From positions 1 to 62,584 of IMG/VR virus record IMGVR_UViG_3300013119_000806: a stretch of 62,584 nt of DNA; one strand, written 5' to 3'. The position numbers were made by a program, and so were the translations under genes. The notes beneath the pieces were generated by a model. It searched no databases. It was not told where the DNA came from and saw only the letters and a list, made by a program, of their open reading frames with translations. This document shows, one piece after another, positions 1 through 7,117 of the stretch. Within the stretch, counting starts at the first letter, position 1. Every line of letters begins with the position of its first letter. The DNA is from a virus. Its lineage: Duplodnaviria > Caudoviricetes.

Positions 1-63
1 AATGGATATGGCAACTCACTTCTAATGAGTAGAATCCTGGTTCGAGTCCAGGCGGAAGTGCCA
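1..63 (+). tRNA. tRNA-Arg(TCT), 5' end truncated by window edge
   Basis: Anticodon arm ACTCA-CTTCTAA-TGAGT; T arm CCTGG-TTCGAGT-CCAGG; ends GCCA. Confidence 0.92.
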
Positions 64-65
64 AT

Positions 66-143
66 GCCGCTTTAGCTTAGTTGCTCCAAAGCACCCCACT
101 TGTAATGGGGAGATCCTGAGTTGGAATCTCAGAAGTGGCTCCA
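66..143 (+). tRNA. tRNA-Thr(TGT) with non-canonical C19/G56
   Basis: Acceptor GCCGCTT/AAGTGGC; D stem GCTT/AAGC; anticodon arm CCCCA-CTTGTAA-TGGGG; T arm CTGAG-TTGGAAT-CTCAG; encoded CCA. Confidence 0.9.
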
Positions 144-145
144 TC

Positions 146-175
146 AGTCCTGGTCATGACTATATAAACTGACTA
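146..175 (+). ncRNA. putative H-type pseudoknot in tRNA spacer (PK-a)
   Basis: S1 AGTC(146-149)/GACT(158-161); S2 TGGTCA(151-156)/TGACTA(170-175); A-rich L3 ATATAAAC. Confidence 0.55.
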
Positions 176-179
176 TTGT

Positions 180-255
180 GCGTCCATAACTCAATTGGTA
201 GAGTGTCAGCCTTCCAAGCTGAATGTTGTCGGTTCGAGGCCGACTGGACGCTCCA
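180..255 (+). tRNA. tRNA-Gly(TCC)
   Basis: Acceptor GCGTCCA/TGGACGC; anticodon arm TCAGC-CTTCCAA-GCTGA; T arm GTCGG-TTCGAGG-CCGAC; T73 and CCA. Confidence 0.95.
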
Positions 256-333
256 ATAATGCTCCTTGGTTCAAGCGACGGAAGGTGACTTTTCACCGCT
301 TTTTGTTGAATGCTAGAGCACAAACTACTCAGC

Positions 334-364
334 CATACTACATACTACATAATACATAATACAT
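334..364 (+). repeat. 7-bp tandem repeat (CATACTA x2, CATAATA x2, CAT)
   Basis: Read directly; flanked by the inverted pair ACTCA/TGAGT; lies just upstream of the HNH gene. Confidence 0.85.
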
Positions 365-383
365 TGAGTTAGGGGTCGATATA

Positions 384-731
384 ATGAATTATTGCAGGGA
401 ATGTAGCAAGGTGTTCGATTATACACCAGAATTGCGGAAAAAGGGTTATAGGAAGTCTCTCTGCAATTCTTGTTCTGTGACTCTAGCCAGACGCAGGCGT
501 AAACAGAAAGCAATAGATTATAAAGGGGGATGCTGTCAGGTTTGTGGTTACAACAAATATAATGGTGCATTACATTTTCATCATATCAAGCCAGACCATA
601 AGGATTTTGCATTCTCAGCTAAAGGTATTCCTAGAACCTGGGAGGCTCAGAAAGTCGAACTCGACAAATGCACCCTGTTATGTTCTAATTGTCACAGCGA
701 AACACACGCCGGTTTGCTTGATATTCACTAA
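384..731 (+). CDS. free-standing HNH endonuclease (homing-endonuclease-like) inside tRNA array
   Basis: N-terminal CxxC pairs, then CQVCG...LHFHH...LLCSNCH..TH (HNH zinc-finger motif); AGGGG SD upstream. Confidence 0.88.
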   Translation: MNYCRECSKVFDYTPELRKKGYRKSLCNSCSVTLARRRRKQKAIDYKGGCCQVCGYNKYNGALHFHHIKPDHKDFAFSAKGIPRTWEAQKVELDKCTLLCSNCHSETHAGLLDIH

Positions 732-741
732 CAGCCTTTTG

Positions 742-815
742 GGGGGATTAGCTCAGTTGGTAGTAGCGTTACCTTTGCAAGGTAAATGTCATCCGTTCGA
801 TCCGGATATCCTCCA
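742..815 (+). tRNA. tRNA-Ala(TGC), CCA not encoded (ends A-CAA)
   Basis: Acceptor GGGGGAT/ATCCTCC with G3:U70 and A73; anticodon arm TTACC-TTTGCAA-GGTAA; T arm ATCCG-TTCGATC-CGGAT. Confidence 0.93.
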
Positions 816-838
816 CAACAGAGTGCGATTCTGGCTCT

Positions 839-865
839 TGACCTTGGTAGGTCATAAAACTGCCA
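839..865 (+). ncRNA. putative H-type pseudoknot in tRNA spacer (PK-b)
   Basis: S1 TGAC(839-842)/GTCA(851-854); S2 TGGTAG(845-850)/CTGCCA(860-865); L3 TAAAA. Confidence 0.55.
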
Positions 866-869
866 TTAC

Positions 870-957
870 GGAGAGTTGGCCGAGTGGTCGAAGGCGGTTG
901 ATTAGAAATCATCTGTAGCGCAAGTTACCGAGAGTTCGAACCTCTCACTCTCCTCCA
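870..957 (+). tRNA. tRNA-Ser(AGA), A34 anticodon, long variable arm
   Basis: Acceptor GGAGAGT/ACTCTCC; Ser-type D arm GGCCGAGTGGTCGAAGGC; anticodon arm GTTGA-TTAGAAA-TCATC (one T.T mismatch); variable arm GTAGC-GCAA-GTTAC; T arm GAGAG-TTCGAAC-CTCTC; CCA. Confidence 0.88.
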
Positions 958-992
958 AAGAAGTTAGCTGATCTTCTTGATCCAAAATCAGC
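958..992 (+). ncRNA. putative H-type pseudoknot in tRNA spacer (PK-c)
   Basis: S1 AAGAAG(958-963)/CTTCTT(973-978); S2 GCTGAT(967-972)/ATCAGC(987-992); both are perfect 6-bp stems. Confidence 0.62.
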
Positions 993-997
993 CCTGT

Positions 998-1069
998 GCT
1001 CGCATCGTCTATCGGTTAGGACTCAAGGTTTTCATCCTTGCAAGTGGGGTTCGATTCCCCATGCGAGTA
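998..1069 (+). tRNA. tRNA-Glu(TTC), CCA not encoded (ends A-CAA)
   Basis: Acceptor GCTCGCA/TGCGAGT; anticodon arm CAAGG-TTTTCAT-CCTTG; T arm TGGGG-TTCGATT-CCCCA. Confidence 0.93.
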
Positions 1070-1078
1070 CAACAACAC

Positions 1079-1127
1079 TAAACCCACCCTTCTCATTAAA
1101 TTGAGTTGGGTGGGTTTTTCTTTTTTT
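1079..1127 (+). terminator. intrinsic terminator closing the tRNA operon
   Basis: AAACCCACCC...GGGTGGGTTT stem followed by a long T tract. Confidence 0.85.
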
Positions 1128-1139
1128 GTGCCCGCTTTC

Positions 1140-1146
1140 CTATTTA
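1140..1146 (+). promoter_or_regulatory. putative late promoter motif CTATTTA (first of many copies)
   Basis: Same 7-mer found upstream of genes at 2450, 3390, 4469, 5898, 9175, 13130, 42643, 47255, 50128, 53976 and 61523. Confidence 0.7.
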
Positions 1147-1150
1147 GAAC

Positions 1151-1375
1151 ATGAGTGTCCCCGAGATAGATTTACATGGACTACGACGCCGGCGAGCGGA
1201 ATCAGTCCTCAGGAGTTGGATCCCTCGCCAGAGGGTCCCTTTCCGTATTATCACGGGCAACGGAGGCACACTCGCCAAACTAGCGAAAGAGATTTTAGAC
1301 GCCAAAGGTTATAAATACCAAAACGCAAGTGATTGGAATTTAGGATGCCTTGTTATTTACGAAAGGAAGAGATAA
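1151..1375 (+). CDS. stand-alone Smr (small MutS-related) domain protein
   Basis: IDLHGL and FRIITGNGG motifs, C-terminal NLGCLVI strand; 74 aa. Confidence 0.8.
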   Translation: MSVPEIDLHGLRRRRAESVLRSWIPRQRVPFRIITGNGGTLAKLAKEILDAKGYKYQNASDWNLGCLVIYERKR

Positions 1376-1767
1376 TGGCAAACTTCGGAAAAGCATCAAA
1401 AAGCAGGCTTGCGACCTGCCACCCAGACCTACAAGCGATTTTCAACGAGGTCATCAAGATCGTTGATTGCTCAGTCCTTTGCGGGCACAGAAACAAAGAG
1501 GACCAAAATGAAGCAGTCCGCCAAGGACGATCAAAAGTCAGTTGGCCAAGAGGCAAACACAATACCACCCCATCCAACGCTGTCGATGTTGCCCCCTACC
1601 CAATTGATTGGCAAGACAAAGAGAGATTCTACTTCTTCGCAGGCGTAGTCCTTGCAGTCGCCAAACAACAAGGCGTTGATATCAGGTGGGGAGGAGATTG
1701 GAACAGCAACAACAACTTCAAAGACCAAACCTTCTTCGATCTCCCTCACTTTGAGTTGCGAAGTTGA
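1375..1767 (+). CDS. endolysin, peptidase M15 family (L-Ala-D-Glu peptidase-like)
   Basis: CHPDL, GHR..EDQ, GKHN....AVD, RWGGDW and FDLPHFEL motifs. Start moved to ATG 1375, which overlaps the Smr stop and follows AGGAAGAG. Confidence 0.9.
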   Translation: MANFGKASKSRLATCHPDLQAIFNEVIKIVDCSVLCGHRNKEDQNEAVRQGRSKVSWPRGKHNTTPSNAVDVAPYPIDWQDKERFYFFAGVVLAVAKQQGVDIRWGGDWNSNNNFKDQTFFDLPHFELRS

Positions 1768-1778
1768 AGGGAACCGAA

Positions 1779-1973
1779 ATGTCCCCAATCACCAGATATA
1801 CCTACCCTTGCCCTCACGCAACCAGCATCACAGCCACCATCGCCCACCCCGCCCCACCAAGAGTGACTACGGCTCCTCTACGAGACACTTACACGCCTAT
1901 TATCTCACCTAAAAAGGTGATGGGGGTCCTCTATGGTCCCTCGGGCAACAAAAGAAAGATAAAGACAAAATGA
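1779..1973 (+). CDS. hypothetical small basic protein
   Basis: Fills the operon gap and its stop overlaps the next ATG; no recognisable motif. Confidence 0.4.
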   Translation: MSPITRYTYPCPHATSITATIAHPAPPRVTTAPLRDTYTPIISPKKVMGVLYGPSGNKRKIKTK

Positions 1974-2431
1974 AACACCTATCCGCAAACAAATGGCGAT
2001 CACTCACAGGAGCCCCAGTCCCCGATATCCTAGAAGAAGTCCGCAAGCGAAACCTCGAAAACAAATACACAATCCACATCGGCACAGACAGCAAGCAATA
2101 CTCCTTCAATACAGTCATCGTCACAACCATCTGCTTCCGTGAAAAGGGTTATGGCGTCATCGTGTTCTTCCAGAGAAACGAGATCCCCAACTTCACCAAC
2201 ATCCCCGAGCGCCTCATTCATGAAACCATCGTCTCGCTGGAGTGTGCAGAGCTATTGAGAACCGAGGCGCATGTCTCCCCATCGGTCCATCTAGACATCA
2301 ACACCAGGGAGTCAGCCAGGAGCACTCGCATCCTCTCAGCTGCCTCTGGTATGGTTGAGGGTATGGGTTTCCCTGTGTCTGTGAAACCTGATGCTTGGGC
2401 TGCGGATATTGCGGATATGTTTACTCGTTAG
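1970..2431 (+). CDS. RNase H-like YkuK family protein
   Basis: IHIGTDS, RLIHET.VS, VHLDIN and GMGF.V.VKPDAWAA..AD motifs. Confidence 0.82.
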   Translation: MKHLSANKWRSLTGAPVPDILEEVRKRNLENKYTIHIGTDSKQYSFNTVIVTTICFREKGYGVIVFFQRNEIPNFTNIPERLIHETIVSLECAELLRTEAHVSPSVHLDINTRESARSTRILSAASGMVEGMGFPVSVKPDAWAADIADMFTR

Positions 2432-2480
2432 TTTTCTTTTTGTTGCCGCCTATTTATGGTAAACAATAAGGGCTCTATCA

Positions 2481-3383
2481 GTGACAGCTATTTCAGACAT
2501 CAATGCATTTTTGCTAAATCTCCGTAATGCGGGGACTTTGCCTACGACCCTGCATGACCAATCCCCTTCTGGTGCCTCCAACAAAAGGCAGAAGGTTATC
2601 GAGGAGTATCGTCAAGATCTCTCTGATGTTTCCTCCTATTTGCCTCTTTCCGTCTCTGCGCGATCTTCGGCAGACATCAACCAGCGTCCCATCAACACAC
2701 CTCACCTTGTCTCTGCTGGCGGCGAGCCTTCGTTAGGACTGGATGAGACGAGGACCAACCTGCTTCATGTCTTCCTCGGGACTGGGTTGTCGACTGAGAA
2801 CCTTCTGCTCCATCTTGTCGCTGATGAGTGGAGTGGCTCTGGAGCATGGGTTGATTTGTCGTCGAACGCATTCTCGCTTGCTCCGGGTGGAACAAACGCT
2901 CCATCGAAGGTCGTTGCTGGACTCGGCGGCTCGGCTGGCGTAGAGTTCACAGGAAACAGCAGTTACTTCGAGATCGATGGCCCTGATGCTGCCCTAAGCG
3001 ACCTCTCGGGCAAAGTCACCTACATCGTATTCACCGCTACAGAGCAAGTTGGGGTCACTGATGACGTCCCAAGCATCAATACCGACTCAAACAGCATAAG
3101 CAACATCTCTGGCGCTGGCGACTTCGAAGTATTTGCGGCAAGAAACATAAACGGAAGTATCTCGATCAAGACCCTGAGCGCCTACAACACCCCTGTATCA
3201 CTCGAAACAGGAGCCACATCACAAGGCAACGACTTGATCTTTATCGCAGACGACCCAACCACAAATAACCTAACAAACAAGAAGATGGCTGAAGTTGCGA
3301 TTTATTCAGCAACGCACACAGATGACGAGATGCTTACTAACCTAAACTCACTTTACAGCAAGTATTCACTCCAAACATCGTAG
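2481..3383 (+). CDS. putative virion protein with concanavalin/LamG-like C-terminal region
   Basis: W.DLS.N.F.L, GVEFTG and MAEVAIYS...L.SLYSKY pattern; CTATTTA upstream. Confidence 0.6.
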   Translation: MTAISDINAFLLNLRNAGTLPTTLHDQSPSGASNKRQKVIEEYRQDLSDVSSYLPLSVSARSSADINQRPINTPHLVSAGGEPSLGLDETRTNLLHVFLGTGLSTENLLLHLVADEWSGSGAWVDLSSNAFSLAPGGTNAPSKVVAGLGGSAGVEFTGNSSYFEIDGPDAALSDLSGKVTYIVFTATEQVGVTDDVPSINTDSNSISNISGAGDFEVFAARNINGSISIKTLSAYNTPVSLETGATSQGNDLIFIADDPTTNNLTNKKMAEVAIYSATHTDDEMLTNLNSLYSKYSLQTS

Positions 3384-3417
3384 TGATGACTATTTACCAG
3401 ACAAGAGGTACTAACAA

Positions 3418-4392
3418 ATGACAAAATTCATCATAGGCGACATCGGCGACATAGCGCCCTTCCCAGTAGCAGTCAACTCTGGAGAAGTTTCAGGGTCGCT
3501 CGTGATCGATAACACGGTTGGTCCTGCCCCTGCCGCCACCAATGCCCTCGAAGTGACGGGTAGCGTCTACATTGGCGGCGACTTGACTGTTGTCGGCTCA
3601 ACGACCACCATTGACGTGACAGAACTTCTCATTGACGACAAGCTACTCACACTCAATGATGGCGGGGTAGCAGGAAGCGGAACAGGCGCAGGCATCGAAA
3701 TAGAAGAAGATGGCGCTCCCACTGGCTTCATCAAGACAGACGGAACAGGAGACTGGACCTTCATGGGAGCAGGCACAGCCGCCGCAGCCACCCTAACCCT
3801 CGACATTGATTCCTCGGCAACAATAAACATAAATGGAAACCTAACCGTTGAGAGCGCATCAGCAATAAATCAAGACCTAACAACAGATGCCAGCCCAACC
3901 TTCAACGGTCTCACAGTCACCTCAATAACAGGTGACGGCTCAGGACTCACCAATGTCGGAGAAGTGAGCGCAATAGCCAACGGAGCAGACAACCGCCTCG
4001 TCACATTCAGCAGCACGAGCGCCCTAAATGGGGAAGCGAACCTTACATTCGATGGTTCAGTCTTCAATATCGCTGGTGGTATTCAGCACAAAAGGACCGC
4101 CTTTGTGGCGTCAGGACCGACAACAACCTACACACCTCTTACAACGGACTATGTCGTCGGGATAGACACGACCTCAGCAGCAGCGACGATCAACCTTCCA
4201 GCAGCAAGCTCATTCGAAGAAGGGCAACTGCTCGTCCTAAAAGACGAAGGTGGTAGTGCAGGCACAAATAACATAACGGTCAATAGGGCTGGTTCGGATG
4301 CTATTGATGCGTCCACTTCGATCACTCTGTCTTCCAACTATGCCGCTATTAGTATTTATTCTAACGGCACCGACAAGTGGCATATCTACTAA
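3418..4392 (+). CDS. tail fibre-like virion protein
   Basis: Gly/Thr/Ser-rich; GDLTVVGSTTTID..IDDKLLTLN, GDGSGLTN and LNGEANLTFDG motifs; C-terminal INLP...LKDEGG.A.TNNITV...W tip domain. Confidence 0.75.
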   Translation: MTKFIIGDIGDIAPFPVAVNSGEVSGSLVIDNTVGPAPAATNALEVTGSVYIGGDLTVVGSTTTIDVTELLIDDKLLTLNDGGVAGSGTGAGIEIEEDGAPTGFIKTDGTGDWTFMGAGTAAAATLTLDIDSSATININGNLTVESASAINQDLTTDASPTFNGLTVTSITGDGSGLTNVGEVSAIANGADNRLVTFSSTSALNGEANLTFDGSVFNIAGGIQHKRTAFVASGPTTTYTPLTTDYVVGIDTTSAAATINLPAASSFEEGQLLVLKDEGGSAGTNNITVNRAGSDAIDASTSITLSSNYAAISIYSNGTDKWHIY

Positions 4393-4645
4393 TTCAATAA
4401 GTTGCGATAGTCACCAAAAAGAAATAAAGAAAATACACATTTTATCGGTCATTTGCCCCATGAATAGACTATTTATCACGGTTGTAGAAACAGTTTCCAA
4501 CAAGTTCCAATAAAACAAATACTTATCCCTAAGGTCCCAGTTAAATGGTGGGACATGGTTACGATGATAGCGTGGGTTGCTCCACACAATAGGTTTCATC
4601 AATAGGTTACAACTTAACTAATAACCATATATAGGAGAAATTATT

Positions 4646-5794
4646 ATGGCTTATGGATTTTATAAAAGTCGTTCGATCGAGGCTGCTGCCATCGAGTCGA
4701 ACGCAATTACATCCAGCGAGATCGCATCAGGTGCAGTCGGCTCTGACGAGATTGAAGATGCAGCAATCGTTGATGGCGACGTTGCAGCTGGAACTCTAAC
4801 CTCTGCTAAGTTGGCTGAGTTTGTCGACGACGACGCAATGGAGACCGTCTCGACGACGTCAATCCACTCTGGCGCGTCTATCAAGGCTTATGTTGACGGT
4901 GAAATTACCGGCGTCAACTCTGGTGCAGGCAACATCCAGTCTGAACTAGATGCCACCCAAGCTGGTGCTGGACTAGGCGCCGATGGTGCATATAACGCCG
5001 ACGCTGCTCGTGCCTACATCGGCGCAGCGGTGTCCCTTGATGAGGCCGACGAGTTGCTGTCTGTCCAACTCGCGACCACCGCTGCCGGTCTTGCAGCGGA
5101 GATTACTGCCCGCGGTACCGCTGACAGCGACGAGGCGACCGCTCGCGGCGCCGCTGACACTGCGCTAAGTGGCCGCCTTGATGTTCTAGAGGGATCAGGT
5201 GCGATACAGGGTGTTGGAACAGGCAGCAGCCCATCCTTCACTGACCTCGTCGTCAGTGGCAATCTCACCGTGAGCGGCACAACCACTACCCTCGACGTCA
5301 GCGAGCTACTAGTAGAGGACGTACTCATCCGTATGGCTTCTGGCGCCGGCGCCCTCGCTGTGGGACAAGGTTTCGAGATCGGTGCGGACTTGGCATCGTT
5401 CAAGATCGACGCTAACGATTACTTCGCCTCATCTCAGGATATCGCGGCGAGCAACTTCCGCGGCAACCTAATAGGTGCTGTCACTGGCAACGTCACTGGC
5501 AACGTCTCTGGCAACCTCGCAGGTGAAGCTTCACTTACGAGCCTCAAGCTCGGAGCATTCGCTCAACCCGGAGCAAACACCAAATTCTCTGAGATGTCTG
5601 GGAACTGCATTGACCTCGATGGTGGATCGCTCGACCTTGATGTGGACCCTACCACCGCCGGTGGTAAAATGCTCTTCGTGCGTAACAGCGCGGCTGGTGA
5701 TGCCTCCATCACTGGTCGTCTCTCAGTCACTCTCCCAGAGGATGCTTCGGTTATGCTTATCGCTGATGCGACTGGCGAGTGGGTGATCTTCTAG
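4646..5794 (+). CDS. fibre-like virion protein (probably abundant)
   Basis: Pentapeptide-like N-terminal repeats, AEITARG..D coiled-coil and (VTGN)n repeats; strong AGGAG SD; has its own late motif and terminator. Confidence 0.75.
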   Translation: MAYGFYKSRSIEAAAIESNAITSSEIASGAVGSDEIEDAAIVDGDVAAGTLTSAKLAEFVDDDAMETVSTTSIHSGASIKAYVDGEITGVNSGAGNIQSELDATQAGAGLGADGAYNADAARAYIGAAVSLDEADELLSVQLATTAAGLAAEITARGTADSDEATARGAADTALSGRLDVLEGSGAIQGVGTGSSPSFTDLVVSGNLTVSGTTTTLDVSELLVEDVLIRMASGAGALAVGQGFEIGADLASFKIDANDYFASSQDIAASNFRGNLIGAVTGNVTGNVSGNLAGEASLTSLKLGAFAQPGANTKFSEMSGNCIDLDGGSLDLDVDPTTAGGKMLFVRNSAAGDASITGRLSVTLPEDASVMLIADATGEWVIF

Positions 5795-5854
5795 GATAAA
5801 CCCCTAGACGAGAATGTCCAAGGGTTAAACCTCGGACGAGAAAAACGCTATCAG

Positions 5855-5886
5855 CAAAAGGGGTGGGCTTCGGCTCACCCCTTTTG
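5855..5886 (+). terminator. intrinsic terminator (potentially bidirectional)
   Basis: CAAAAGGGGTGGGC-TTCG-GCTCACCCCTTTTG. Confidence 0.88.
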
Positions 5887-5923
5887 TTTGTGTGGACCTA
5901 TTTACATCAAAGAGGAGACACCC

Positions 5924-6529
5924 ATGACTTTTAACTACATTTCAGGCTCAATGCCAATCGACGAATTCACATCAGTCCATGATTCAGAGAAGAAGACGAA
6001 GGTTCGTTTTCTAGATAATCAATTGATTTTTGTTGCCGGAGGAAACTCGGTCCTTTCGGTCGCTTCGGCTGCCGCCATGATCCAAGGACACCTATCTGTC
6101 TCAAAGCAGTTCGCAGCAGGAGAGCAATCAATCGCCAGCACAGCAGGCGTCGGCGGCGCAAGTTCCAACACTATCCTCAACTTCAATGAGGGGAACACGA
6201 TCTATCTGTCCCTAGAACATAACAATGGTGTCATAACTGTGGATGAGAGTTCACTTGTGGTTGGCGCAGAGTACACTATTGTCCTACAACAAGACGCAAC
6301 AGGAGGCAACAGTGTCCTAATAGATACACTTGCGCACGCTGGCTCTTGGAACAAAGGGAGTTGGTCTGGCTGCCCCACACAACTCAACACCTTTATGTTT
6401 TCGGCAATGCCCACTATCTCCACAGCAGCAGGTGCGATCGATGTCCTCACCTGTAAGTGCGTCCAAGTAAACACGGGCTCTGGAAAGACTTCTAAACTCC
6501 TCTCTACCTTGACGAACAACTTCCAGTAA
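5924..6529 (+). CDS. putative virion/tail fibre-associated protein
   Basis: YTIVLQQDATGG...PTISTAAGAIDVLT motif typical of fibre tip domains; start at ATG 5924 after GAGGAG. Confidence 0.65.
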   Translation: MTFNYISGSMPIDEFTSVHDSEKKTKVRFLDNQLIFVAGGNSVLSVASAAAMIQGHLSVSKQFAAGEQSIASTAGVGGASSNTILNFNEGNTIYLSLEHNNGVITVDESSLVVGAEYTIVLQQDATGGNSVLIDTLAHAGSWNKGSWSGCPTQLNTFMFSAMPTISTAAGAIDVLTCKCVQVNTGSGKTSKLLSTLTNNFQ

Positions 6530-6530
6530 A

Positions 6531-7103
6531 ATGCTAATGTCTTCCTCAAAATCAGCCCCCCTTGGGATGCTAACTTCCCTAATGAACGAAGGCGGCTCTC
6601 CTTGGGACGACCCATCTGTCGCTGTGACCACTGACTCGTCCCTTTTAGTCCCCGTAAACTACTTTTACGAGATAGGAAGCGAGGAGATTTCGCTGTTTGC
6701 AGACAAGACCCTAACCACTCCCGCACCTAACGGCTGGTATCTCGAAAACAGAGCAGGAAGTCGGTGGATCTTTATGGTAAAGGGTGGGATAGTCCTCTCA
6801 CACACAGAGAAGATAGTTCCCGAACTCACCAAGTTTATGATCTACTGCCCAATAACCCCTGCTTGCAAAGCAAGACAAGACGGCACCCCCGTTTTGGTCT
6901 GGGCTAAGCTCATGCCTCCCCAAATCAATGACTACATCTACATGGACGCAATAGGCAACGCCCGACTTGACTCTGGTACCTATTGGTGCGAATCACATAA
7001 ACATGAAGGACACGTCTTCACGACCTCCGAAGTCCACTCAAGAGACAAACAGATAGGTCAAGTCGTAACCGTAATAGACTGCTCCGGCGGCAACCTAAAA
7101 TAA
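6531..7103 (+). CDS. hypothetical protein, probably virion-associated
   Basis: Two loosely similar modules (FADKTLTTPAPNGWY and YMDAIGNARLDSGTY); located in fibre operon. Confidence 0.55.
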   Translation: MLMSSSKSAPLGMLTSLMNEGGSPWDDPSVAVTTDSSLLVPVNYFYEIGSEEISLFADKTLTTPAPNGWYLENRAGSRWIFMVKGGIVLSHTEKIVPELTKFMIYCPITPACKARQDGTPVLVWAKLMPPQINDYIYMDAIGNARLDSGTYWCESHKHEGHVFTTSEVHSRDKQIGQVVTVIDCSGGNLK

Positions 7104-7117
7104 AGGGATAAAACCAA

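Noticed and set aside
256-741. Group I intron carrying the HNH ORF within a tRNA
   Set aside because: The flanking tRNAs are complete, there are no split tRNA halves, and I see no group I core motifs.
544-918. 124-aa ORF
   Set aside because: It overlaps the HNH gene out of frame and two tRNAs.
870-957. Reading the tRNA as Leu(TAG) or as a suppressor
   Set aside because: Only the AGA register gives a paired stem with a 7-nt loop, and the body is Ser-like.
146-992. Theta/HDV-like ribozymes or preQ1 riboswitches as the identity of the spacer pseudoknots
   Set aside because: They are too short for the nested double pseudoknot of HDV-like ribozymes and have no downstream gene or expression platform; kept as unassigned pseudoknots.
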